Source: Picochlorum sp. SENEW3
Lineage: Eukaryota
DNA length: 64,000 nt
Reading direction: 5' to 3'
Assembly: GCA_034226945.1 (NCBI GenBank)
Contig: CP120454.1
Location: 868,001-932,000, forward strand
Below are positions 44,530 through 54,773 of this stretch, piece after piece. The position numbers and the translations under genes are program-made. Below the pieces are notes generated by a model that made no database searches, was not told the DNA's origin, and saw nothing but the letters and a program-made list of their open reading frames with translations. Every line of letters starts with the position of its first letter. Position 1 is the stretch's first letter.

Positions 44530-45885
44530 TTATGGCACAGATGTCGTGTCGGCATCCTGATCCAGTCGAATGCCGAGGCGCCATGCTGCCGAGGCTATTG
44601 TATTGTGCATCAATGCAGCAACAGTCATGGGTCCTACACCTCCAGGAACAGGCGAAATGGCAGCCGCTTTCCCCATCACAGACTGCATATCAACATCACC
44701 AACAACATGATACGCGTGTTGCTCCAACGCATCTGAGACGAGGGATGCATTTGCTGGAGCACACCTCAACTCTGTTGTTGAGGGTGGGTACACAATGTCA
44801 TCACTATTCATCTTCTCCGACGCATCGCCGCCTACTACCGAGTCATCGTACACCGAATTGATTCCGACATCGAGAATTATCGCACCAGGTTTTATCCAGT
44901 CAGCCGTGACAAGATCTGGATATCCTACAGCAATAACAAGAATATCAGCTGTGCCCGTCACAGCAGCAATGCTCTGAATATCTTCAGGGCTGGAAAAAGC
45001 CCCGTTATACTGTCCGCCATCATCCAACGAGGATTCTGAGCAATACGTCACCTGATATGGATGAGGAGGATCATCCATGCTCGTCCTCGAGCTCGTCACG
45101 GCCTGCCTCACATCAGGCAGAGGAGAGGGTCCTTGGTAGGACACTGGTCGCCGACTCGATCGAAATATATCACAATACGAAGACCGATGAATAACCGTCA
45201 CGGAAGCAGTCCCCTGATCTCGAAACAACATGGCCAATGGCATCCCAACTATATTACTATCTCCGACAATAACAACACGCTTCCCCTCAAACCCCACACC
45301 GCTTCTTCGTAACAATTCTATACACCCCAACGCTGTACATGGGACAAATCGCGCCGTCCTCCCTCTCATCAACGTTCTCCCCACATTCAATGGATGAAAC
45401 CCATCCACATCCTTCCTCGGGTCGAAATGCTCAATCACATCCTCCTCATCAATATGTTTTGGCAGAGGCAGTTGGACCAACACTCCATCAATGCAGGGAT
45501 CCTTTGATAAACTCGTCACAGCCTGCCGAATCTGTCGCTGTGTCACATGCTCTCCAGAAGGAAGATACTTGACCTGAGACATAATACCAACCCTATCACA
45601 CGCTTCCTGCTTCCGCATCACATACACCTGACTGTCCACCCTGTCTCCCACCAAAACCACCCCCAACCCAGGAGGCCGCCCCGCTCTATCTCGAATCAAT
45701 CGCGCATGCACAGACATCTCATCTTGCCAGTCCAACGACATCTGCTTACCATCCAACACGTCCGTTGTATACCCTCCACCACCCATGCTGCTCAGCTGCT
45801 GAGAACCTAAGGACAACCACCCCAGACCATTCCTGTTCCAAAGAAGCTGACCCATACGCTTCTGATGCACCAGTCTCCACACCAT
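44530..45885 (-). CDS. folD: Bifunctional methylene-THF dehydrogenase/cyclohydrolase, organelle-targeted
   Basis: PPGLGVVLVG, Y...K, LVQLPLP, KDVDGFHPLN, PCT, SNIVGMP, SPVPGGVGPMT. Confidence 0.93.
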   Translation of the reverse strand: MVWRLVHQKRMGQLLWNRNGLGWLSLGSQQLSSMGGGGYTTDVLDGKQMSLDWQDEMSVHARLIRDRAGRPPGLGVVLVGDRVDSQVYVMRKQEACDRVGIMSQVKYLPSGEHVTQRQIRQAVTSLSKDPCIDGVLVQLPLPKHIDEEDVIEHFDPRKDVDGFHPLNVGRTLMRGRTARFVPCTALGCIELLRRSGVGFEGKRVVIVGDSNIVGMPLAMLFRDQGTASVTVIHRSSYCDIFRSSRRPVSYQGPSPLPDVRQAVTSSRTSMDDPPHPYQVTYCSESSLDDGGQYNGAFSSPEDIQSIAAVTGTADILVIAVGYPDLVTADWIKPGAIILDVGINSVYDDSVVGGDASEKMNSDDIVYPPSTTELRCAPANASLVSDALEQHAYHVVGDVDMQSVMGKAAAISPVPGGVGPMTVAALMHNTIASAAWRLGIRLDQDADTTSVP

Positions 45886-46253
45886 TTGTACCTTGCGTAT
45901 CAGACTATATCAGACGATGGTTCCATGACAACAAGAACTTGCACACATGACGAATTGAAATGAATACAACAGATGCGAGCCTGTCCATCCCCCAACCCCA
46001 TAGTACGCCACACACACAATTTTTATCTTACAAGGACACTACTGAATAGGTATATCAGGCATCTTATACGACAACCTGAATATGATCGACCATCCATCCA
46101 TCCATTTTATTATAGTATCGTTTTACGGAAGAATTCTCAGATTTTTCCATGTCCACAATAATGTCAAGCAATGAATGAAAGAGAAACCCGCAGATCACAA
46201 CATTCTGTATCAACAACAAGTAATTCCCAAGAACCAGTAGATCCCAGTCGCCA

Positions 46254-46820
46254 ATGGCATTGTCACGACCGCTCTTGTCAACCTGTAGCAGAGCGTTTCA
46301 CAGGAGCCACACGCGACCAACCACCCTTGCTCATTCCCACACCTTTCGCCGAGGACAATCACGTACAACCACCATCATGGCAAGTGGCGAGGGATCGGTG
46401 CCATTGGACAAGTCGACGCCAGACAGCTTGTGGAAGGAACGCTTGACAGCACAGGAGTTCCAGGTGCTCCGGCTCAAAGGCACCGAGGCACCAGGCACGG
46501 GCGAATACAACGCATTTGAAGCTCCAGAGCAGGGTGGAACATTTGTGTGCAGAGGGTGCGGAGCACCCTTGTATGATTACAAGACAAAATTCAATTCTGG
46601 GTGTGGATGGCCAGCATTCTATGAAGAGCTTCCAGATACTGTCGAGAGATTTGAAGATACCAGTATGGGTATGAAGAGGGTAGAGATTACATGTAAGAAC
46701 TGCGGTGGTCACCTTGGGCATGTCTTTGAGGGAGAAGGGTTCCCAACTCCCACAGATCAGCGTCACTGTGTGAATTCATTAAGCATCAAGTTTGTTCCCA
46801 ACAACAAGAACAACAGTTAG
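46254..46820 (+). CDS. MSRB: Methionine-R-sulfoxide reductase B (Cys type), organelle-targeted
   Basis: GTEAPGTG, two CxxC zinc motifs, KFNSGCGWPAF, GHLGHVF, RHCVNS. Confidence 0.95.
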   Translation: MALSRPLLSTCSRAFHRSHTRPTTLAHSHTFRRGQSRTTTIMASGEGSVPLDKSTPDSLWKERLTAQEFQVLRLKGTEAPGTGEYNAFEAPEQGGTFVCRGCGAPLYDYKTKFNSGCGWPAFYEELPDTVERFEDTSMGMKRVEITCKNCGGHLGHVFEGEGFPTPTDQRHCVNSLSIKFVPNNKNNS

Positions 46821-47260
46821 GCATCTACATGATGTCTGTTTCTCTTTGAGTGTGTTGTCATCATCAGGCCAGGCGTGTCAAGATGTACGCATCATGTAAC
46901 ATATATATAGTCTCCATACCATAAGGTCTTGGCAATGATGCATGCCATCATCATCATCCCCTTCGAAGAAGAAGAGAGCAATGATCATTCTTCTTAAAAG
47001 AGACAAGAAGAAGAAGAAGGAAGAAGAAGAATCCAGCGGCATCATTCTGTGTATATATTCAGCCATTGCGGCCATCTCTCCAAAGAATATTATTAGTATA
47101 ACAATAATAATAGTATATAGATAGTGTAGAGACAAGGTTGAAGCCATCAGAGCATTAAACACAACCGTAACGGTCAGAAGAAGAAATCATCCTTCGTCAT
47201 CAAATCAAAGACACAGACCTAGCATAATACAGAACATAGAATATTTATATAGTAATATAG

Positions 47261-47929
47261 ATGGTGAAATTGACCTTGATTGCGAGGGTGCGGGATGGAC
47301 TTCCGTTGGCAGAGGGATTGGACACTGACAAGGAGCATGACATGTTTACCTACAAGAGTCAGGCCAAGGCGATATTTAAGAAAATAGCATCTAATTATCC
47401 ATCACAAAAGCCTGCCCCACGGGTATCCATCGAATCAGGGAGCTGCGTGTTCCACTACATGGTTGATTCAAACAATGTCATGTACATGACTCTGACTGAT
47501 AAGCAATACCCACGCAAGCTGGCGTATCAGTATCTGGATGAGCTCGCAAAGGAATTTTCATCTCTGTATGCGGGGCAGGTGGACTCTGTGACAAGGCCCT
47601 ATGCGTTTATAAAGTTTGATACATTTATTCAAAAGACAAAAAAGGTGTATTTGGATACCAGGACGCAACGGAATGTCGAGCGGTTGAATGCGGATTTGGC
47701 AGAGGTGCATTCTATTATGACCAAGAATATTCAGGATGTGTTGGGGCAGGGGGAGCGGTTAGACAGGATGACAGAGATGTCGAATATGTTGTCCCAGGAT
47801 GCCAAGCAGTTGGCAGTCAAGGCCAAGGGCTTGTATCATCAGGCGCTTGTGAAAAAGTACCTTCCTTGGGTGGTTGTTATTGGTATTGTGCTGCTGGTCA
47901 TGATTATTCGGTGGACTGTGTATTCTTGA
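47261..47929 (+). CDS. SEC22: R-SNARE Sec22 (longin + SNARE + TM)
   Basis: LTLIARVRDGLPLA, YPRKLAYQYL, RPYAFIKFDTFIQK, IMTKNIQDVL..GE.LD; C-terminal TM. Confidence 0.95.
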   Translation: MVKLTLIARVRDGLPLAEGLDTDKEHDMFTYKSQAKAIFKKIASNYPSQKPAPRVSIESGSCVFHYMVDSNNVMYMTLTDKQYPRKLAYQYLDELAKEFSSLYAGQVDSVTRPYAFIKFDTFIQKTKKVYLDTRTQRNVERLNADLAEVHSIMTKNIQDVLGQGERLDRMTEMSNMLSQDAKQLAVKAKGLYHQALVKKYLPWVVVIGIVLLVMIIRWTVYS

Positions 47930-48110
47930 ACTACTACTACTTAGTTAATTGCTCTTCTTCTCTCTCTTTCTCTTGACACAATAGTAGTGTAAAAACTGCT
48001 GCTGCTACATTGGTTTTTTACATCTCTACATCTATTATTATTGATGCTCAATAAGAATATGCAAACAAATCTTTCATTTCTTGGAATCAATCAGTCAATC
48101 AGTTCATAGT

Positions 48111-48464
48111 CTAAGAATCTTCAAGCTGCTCATCATCACCATTCTGGTCATCATCTGTAGATGTCACACAGGGAGGCTCAAATGTGCCATCAGTCTTTTT
48201 TCGAACAAGGCACAACACAGAGCCATTTTCAATGTTGCTGTCTACCAGGCTCTTGGTGCCATCCAGCATTGTCTGCTCGGCTGTCATCAAGGCTATATCT
48301 TCTGGGCCACACACTCGAACATCAATGTCACCGAGACTGTTGTCTGTGCTGCTGCCCTGTGAAAAGAGACTCGAGTACACCGAGTCTCTCACTGTATTGA
48401 CAGAGTCACTCGGTTGCGCTCTAACAAACAGCGTCAGTCGTCGTCGTTTTACTTTGACATACAT
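48111..48464 (-). CDS. Elongin B-like ubiquitin-fold protein
   Basis: MYVKVKRRRLTLFV..QPSDSV..V, L...KSL....IEN..VL.LV.K...GTFE followed by an acidic tail. Confidence 0.65.
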   Translation of the reverse strand: MYVKVKRRRLTLFVRAQPSDSVNTVRDSVYSSLFSQGSSTDNSLGDIDVRVCGPEDIALMTAEQTMLDGTKSLVDSNIENGSVLCLVRKKTDGTFEPPCVTSTDDDQNGDDEQLEDS

Positions 48465-48722
48465 TATCTAGTATGTATGTATTTGAGAATGGAATAGCAA
48501 GTGATGCGACCAGGACAATAGGGAAAAAGAAGAGAGAGAGCCATCGATCATTTCCTGATACATAGCCAATGTCCGATCAAATATCCATCTTGATGGGACA
48601 AGGAATATTTTACCTTTTTTAAAAATTCAAATGTCGTCGATCACGCCATCTATCGATATACTATACCCATGGTAATGGCTGTATTAAATATAAGAATTTA
48701 GAAACTATATACATTCATAATA

Positions 48723-49871
48723 ATGACTGCTGCGCCCATGGATGTGGAGCACCCACAGGGGGGTGCTGGTTCCTCATCCCGTTCCAAAACAAATAGACTA
48801 CTCCCATGGGTACGCCTTGTATATGTATTCTCATCTATCGATATTTATTTATATGACCATGGATTCATAGAAACATAACAGAACACGGATTGATCGTCGT
48901 TATCATACTGATTGTTGCAGGTGGAAAAGTATAGGCCTCATAAGATCAAGGACATTGTTGGGAATGTTGAGGCGGTTTCAAGGTTACAGATTATAGCTGA
49001 AGAGGGTAATGTGCCCAATATGATTCTTTCAGGGCCTCCTGGGACGGGAAAGACAACGTCAGTGCTGTGTTTATGCCATGAGCTGTTGGGTGCCAAGTAC
49101 AAAGAGGCTGTGTTGGAGCTGAATGCATCTGATGACAGAGGGATTGATGTTGTTCGGAATAAGATCAAGATGTTTGCGCAGCAAAAGGTATCGTTGCCTC
49201 CTGGGAGACACAAGGTTGTGATATTGGATGAAGCTGATTCGATGACAGCAAATGCGCAGCAGGCTCTGAGGAGAACTATGGAGTTGTATTCCAAGACGAC
49301 TCGCTTTGCATTTGCATGCAACATGTCTTCAAAGATTATAGAGCCGTTGCAGAGTCGATGCGCGATTGTTAGGTTTTCGAAATTGAGCGATAAGGAGGTT
49401 TTGGATAGATTGGTGACTGTCTGTCAAGCAGAGTCACTGGCGTACACAAATGATGGGCTAGAAGCTGTTATTTTTACAGCGGATGGTGATATGAGGCAAG
49501 CGCTGAATAGTTTGCAAGCAACTGCGAATGGATTTGGTTTAATTAATCAAGAAAATGTGTTCAAAGTATGTGATCAGCCTCATCCCATGTTGGTATCAAA
49601 CATTATTAAAAAGTGTCTGGAAGCCAAGATTGATGAGGCATATGATGGTATGAAGGCGCTGTATGATATGGGATATTCTGCGTCGGATATCATCACAATC
49701 ATGTTCCGGGTGGTGAAGAATTATCAGGCTATGAATGAGTTTCTCAAGTTGGAATACGTGAAAAACATTGGAAACTGTCATATGAGGATTGTAGATGGTG
49801 TGGATTCCAGGTTGCAGCTGTCTGGGTTGCTGGCGGATTTATGCAAACTGACCTTGAGAAGCCAGAGCTGA
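48723..49871 (+). CDS. RFC2: Replication factor C small subunit (human RFC2/yeast Rfc4 type); 2 exons (intron 48810-48920)
   Basis: [48 protein letters not shown] motif. Confidence 0.95.
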
Positions 49872-50050
49872 TATTATACTGTTGACTCTTTAATGTAATA
49901 ATTATTAGTAGTATTGTGATGACTGGGTTGTATATTGTGTGATTGGTTGGTTCAGGTGTCACGTATTCCACTGAGAGGCTGTTGAAACTGTTCAATTCAA
50001 CCGATTGATAGATCTGTCACATTATACCCATTAAAATGAATCATTATTCA

Positions 50051-51475
50051 ATGAAAGGTTTCATGAAGAGTACATATGCCCCACAGGTGGGATATGGGCG
50101 ACGCATTCCGCATGTGAGGAGAGTGACTCCAAGGATCGATGGCAGGTATGGTGCGATTGGGACAATGTATGATGCGAATAGGCTTTACATGATGAGATGA
50201 TGTAAACTATAGGATTACTGCGAAGCAGTCTGCTGTGAGTAAAAAAACTGCTGCGACTGGCACAAAGAGTAGTGGTTCATACTTGAATGTGACTGGCTTT
50301 CCCTTTCCACTCGGGCCTCTTACCCAGAGACAGACAATCCGGCGGGAGGTATGTGTTTTTCTTCATATAGGCTTGTCGTATAATACACCAAACGCTGTAC
50401 ACTAGTAGTACCCTGGGTGGATATTGTCATGCAGATTGAAAAGGGAGTGATGTGGGTATTTGAGCAACCCCAATCCCTTGGCTTTAGTAACGTCACGACC
50501 AATGTTAGAATGGTTGTGATTAAATTGAAAAGTGGTGGGCTTTGGGTACATGCGCCAATCGCTCCGACAAAAGAGTGTCTGGCCTTGCTGAAAGAGTTGG
50601 ATGCTCCTGTCGAATACATCATTCTCCCCACCTTTGCGTACGAGCATAAAATATTTGTGGGCCCCTTTGCACGGCGTTTCCCGAAAGCAAAAGTATATGT
50701 TGCGCCGAAACAGTGGAGTTGGCCAATTAATTTACCAGTTCAACTGTTTGGCATCTTCCCCACGGGGGTTCTCAAGAATGATGACACAGAGACGCCCTGG
50801 GCGGATGAGATTGAGCAGAAAGTACTCATCTCCAGCGTCGGAATCGGACCGTACATAGAAGTAGCTTTTTTCCATAAGAAGACAAAGACGCTCCTGGTGA
50901 CAGATGCTGTCATTTCTGTGCCATCACAGCCACCCAGTCTGGTGGAGGAGGCCAATCTGATTGATGCAGCAAAGTCTAATTTCTTCGTCAAAGTATTAGC
51001 AGGGGATAAAGCTTTGGAACCAGTCAACGGAGTGCCATTGCAACCAGATACATTGACACCTGCTGTGAGAGATTTGGGATGGAAGAGAATGGCCCTTCAG
51101 ATCTTGTACATTGTACCAGGAGATTTGCGAGATCCAACAAAAGGATTTGCAGCAATCTCAAATCGTCTCATCGTTGGTCCAATCCTGAAGACGCTCGTCT
51201 TCTCTACAGAACCAGAGTTGAGCAAAGAATGGATTGATGACATTTGTAGCAGCTGGAAATTCACTCAGATTGTTCCAGCACACTTCACTGCACCAATCAA
51301 GGCAGGGCCAAAGGATTTGCGCAAAGCATTTTCATTCCTGGATGGAAACAAGTCGAACACCGGCTCGATTTTCGACAAACTCTTTTCCTCAGAATTCTCA
51401 TACCCAGATGAGGATATTAAAGCACTCGATGCTGCCAAGCAATTCTTAGTCAACATTGGCGCCGTCAAAAAGTAA
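50051..51475 (+). CDS. DUF4336-family plastid protein; 3 exons
   Basis: Spliced FPFPLGP..QR.TIRRE|IEKGVMWVFEQ, RMVVIKL.SGGLWVHAPIAPT, YEHKIF, EVAFFH, IVPAH. Confidence 0.8.
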
Positions 51476-51540
51476 TCTATAGCGTTCTTCTTCATATTAC
51501 AATATCAATAATAAATATGATCATCATCAGCAGCAAAACA

Positions 51541-51966
51541 TCACGATGCCTTGACCATGTCAACATCATCAGCCCCTTCCTCTCCCAAGGCCATCAAATT
51601 GAACAACTTGTTGTTCAACTTCTCAATCTTTTTCAAGTCAGACACCTGATCAGTCTTATATTGTAAGCACTGCACATCATCCTTGCCCATCATTTATTTA
51701 TGAACTCGATTCGACAACATGTACAATTATAATACCAAGTACAACAAGTATTCAATGTAGAGACCCAACTAGTTGTTGCAAGAGAGACTAGCGTCTTTTT
51801 ATCAATAGTAGGCATCTAAAACACGCACAGTTGTATCATCCGTTACTTTAACTACTAATTTACCATCGCAATGGCGGTATTTCATGCTATATCGAGTCTT
51901 TAAGGGATTGGATTTGTACAAATCCTCCGCTTGAATTAAGAAGGACTCTACCGTCTCTAAATACAT
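51541..51966 (-). CDS. SRP9: Signal recognition particle 9 kDa protein; 2 exons (intron 51670-51828)
   Basis: LY..NP.KTRY.MKYRHCDGKLVVKVTDD..|CLQYKTDQ..DLKKIEKLN..LF.LM. Confidence 0.93.
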
Positions 51967-52226
51967 TGCATTCGCTTCTGCATACAACAGATATGTATTA
52001 TTTTCAATATAGAACGGTACCAGCGTCGCAGATACTAACAAAATCAACCAATGGACGACGCGTGTCTTCCTTTCTACAGTCTCCTATCAAAATTCCTGTT
52101 TGATGGGATTCGTTGAACAAGCCAACGCCAGCCCATGCATGACAGTAATAATATGCGTCGTTGGGTCCCCCCACCAGGAGCAGATGTAAATCGTTTCTCC
52201 TCAAGATATCGTCAATACACGCGTAG

Positions 52227-52733
52227 ATGGCATCCCCAGAGCCAATGCCTGCCGTGACAGAGGGAGACCAGAACGGTATCAGCGGCATATTCCATAATGG
52301 AGCGTTTGTAGCGTCCTTTCTCGGATTTTTGTTTGCTCAGGTTGCTAAAGTGTTTACACACTACTATGTAAACCAAGAGTGGGACATATCGCGGTGTTAC
52401 AGCTCTGGAGGGATGCCGTCGTCTCACACATCCCTGGTCATGGGCTTAACAACCTCCATTGCAGTCATCTACGGTGTCTCTAGTCCATTTTTTGCCATCT
52501 CTCTGATGTTTTCTTTGATAGTTATGTATGACGCAACAGGGGTGAGGTTGCATGCTGGCAAGCAGGCGTCTGTGTTGAACATGATCATTACAGAACTGCC
52601 ACCAGATCACCCAGTGAGTTCGACGACAGCCCAGCTGAAAGATTCTTTGGGACATACGCCTGTTCAAGTTGTTATAGGAGCTATTGTTGGTATCGTGATA
52701 GGGTATATCGTTGGCTTTCTGTATACATTATGA
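52227..52733 (+). CDS. DUF212/YuiD acid phosphatase-haloperoxidase-related membrane protein
   Basis: SGGMPSSHTS, IVMYDATGVR..AG.QA..LN, LGHTP.QV. Confidence 0.9.
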   Translation: MASPEPMPAVTEGDQNGISGIFHNGAFVASFLGFLFAQVAKVFTHYYVNQEWDISRCYSSGGMPSSHTSLVMGLTTSIAVIYGVSSPFFAISLMFSLIVMYDATGVRLHAGKQASVLNMIITELPPDHPVSSTTAQLKDSLGHTPVQVVIGAIVGIVIGYIVGFLYTL

Positions 52734-53196
52734 CAAGGTGTTCATAGTAATGTTGCCCAAGTGGCAATTTGTTTTGGCACTAGAATGTATAGAATTGAAT
52801 CAGAAGACTTGAAGGTAGACTATATTTTATTAATGAATCGTGAGATGATTTCTTGAGGGATGTACAGATGTACATCATTTGATACAATTTCCCTGGTAAA
52901 AAAAACGCACGTCTGTTTTTATATGCATTGTTGCTTTCTGCCTTTGTCTCTCTCTCTACGATTGTTTGCTTCCGCTACGTCCCCCCTATGTCTGTGCTGA
53001 GAAACTCGTCAACATAGGAGATTGATGGCTGATTCATTGTTTGCCGGCAAAGCAACCATCATCTTCTTGTAGCAAGAAGAACAGAAGGAATAAAGATTGA
53101 CAATCATCATTCCTGAAGAGATGGAGTCGTTATTATTGATTTGATTATACGATTTTTTCCTTCAAACTCATTAGTAAGGACGTTAGATTATCAATC

Positions 53197-53773
53197 ATGG
53201 GCATTGGTGCGTCGTCGCCGAAGAAGAATTTCGGCAAGGCAGGATCGGAACGACAACTGGACGAGTCGCTCGTGATTCGGTTGCTCGATAAGGATGATTA
53301 TTCAAAAGGTGTGTGTCAAATAATATGACATGGCGTAAAAGTGGCATTGTGCTCACGGCGGTGACTGTGTAGGATATTTGACACTGCTGTCTCAACTGAC
53401 AACTGTTGGGGAATACTCAAAGGAACAATTTCAGCAACGATGGGAGGAGATTAATGCACGATCGGATACATACAGGATATATGTTATCGAAGATACCGCC
53501 AAGAATAGAATTATAGGGACTGCGACATTGCTAGTTGAGCTCAAATTCATACGGGGGTGCAATTCCTGTGGGCATATTGAGGATGTTGTTGTGGATTCGT
53601 CGTATCGGGGGAAACAGCTTGGAAAACGATTGATTGATCGATTGCGAGAAGATGCGAGAAATATGAAATGTTACAAGATAATTTTAGACTGCTCAGAGTC
53701 GAATCAGGCATTTTATGAAAAGTGCGGTTTGCAGAGAAAAGAAATTCAAATGGTGGAGTACCTATCCGCCTAA
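53197..53773 (+). CDS. GNA1: Glucosamine-6-phosphate N-acetyltransferase; 2 exons (intron 53309-53372)
   Basis: IRLL...DYSK|GYL.LLSQLT, E.KFIR, GHIEDVVV...RGK.LG, CYKIILDC, FYEKCG. Confidence 0.93.
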
Positions 53774-54313
53774 TTTTAAAGCGTCGGCGAGCATGGAAAC
53801 AACTACGCCAATTTTAAAGTAGTTGGCAAACCAAAGTTTGAGAGAAGGATTTGGGGTCGAGTAGAAGATTGTCGTGACCACCTCGTAAAATATCAATGTC
53901 ACAATGCCGGCAAACACGTCATTGATGGCCAGAGCTCCGAATGTCAATGTAACAATATTACCTGCGTAAAATCCTGCACCTGCTGATATACCACACCATG
54001 CTACTCTTCTTGCGATGTATTTTTCATCAAAGTACCTATCTATTCTTCTAGGAATAGACAGGATGAATGGCACCAATCTCTTCCTCGGGATTACAGGGGT
54101 GTTGTTATTGTTATTGTTTCCCTCGTCAGAGGATGCAGCCATCACAACTGATCTGCTAGCTTTATTCCTACGACATGAGCTTAGTCTCTGCAAACCCATC
54201 AGTATGCTGGCAGTTCTTTTCCTTGGGTTGTGTCGTTTTAAGCTGCATGCTGTCACCTTGTGGACTGAGCATGCAGCATCTCTGCTATTACATGCTGAAA
54301 TGCGTGACATCAT
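53762..54313 (-). CDS. ycf20: Ycf20-like (DUF565) plastid membrane protein
   Basis: Transit peptide; GFY.GN...L.FGA...ND; N.FKIG......DALKLG C-terminus. Confidence 0.8.
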   Translation of the reverse strand: MMSRISACNSRDAACSVHKVTACSLKRHNPRKRTASILMGLQRLSSCRRNKASRSVVMAASSDEGNNNNNNTPVIPRKRLVPFILSIPRRIDRYFDEKYIARRVAWCGISAGAGFYAGNIVTLTFGALAINDVFAGIVTLIFYEVVTTIFYSTPNPSLKLWFANYFKIGVVVSMLADALKLGG

Positions 54314-54773
54314 ACACAAACTCTACAACATGCATGCACTCGATCAATCCCGTGACGTGATTGATTGAGTTTCCTCCAGGTTATCCCCAGAGAAGCAAAT
54401 ACAGGGTGTTGTCGGGGCAGGTTGATACAGCAACCATATCCAATGACGCGTTTCTTCTTCTTCTCCTTCAAATTACGTTCGGTAAAAATTAGGTAACACC
54501 GATTGATTTGTTTTCAATTTTTCTGCCTGCCTTTTAATTCCTGAACATCGGAATTAAAAGTCCAGACCGTGGTCATGATAGCAGACGGACGAGCGTCAGA
54601 CTGACAGACGCTGGTGTGCACCGCGGCTTCATCGGAAATGAGAAACCGCGGACGCGTCAATTATCAGTTGACTGGTGGTTTTAGCACTTGTTTAGGAACA
54701 GACGAGCCCTTATCATTACTATTGTGTTCTATTTCATTCACAATTAGCCTCAAACTCTTTGATTGTATTCTTG

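Noticed and set aside
46254..46900. MsrB as a possible selenoprotein
   Set aside because: The catalytic residue is Cys (TGT in RHCVNS) and there is no in-frame TGA
46878..47162. Short ORFs between MsrB and Sec22
   Set aside because: Low-complexity GAA/CAT tracts giving poly-F/K/S peptides with no family signal; likely UTR or promoter
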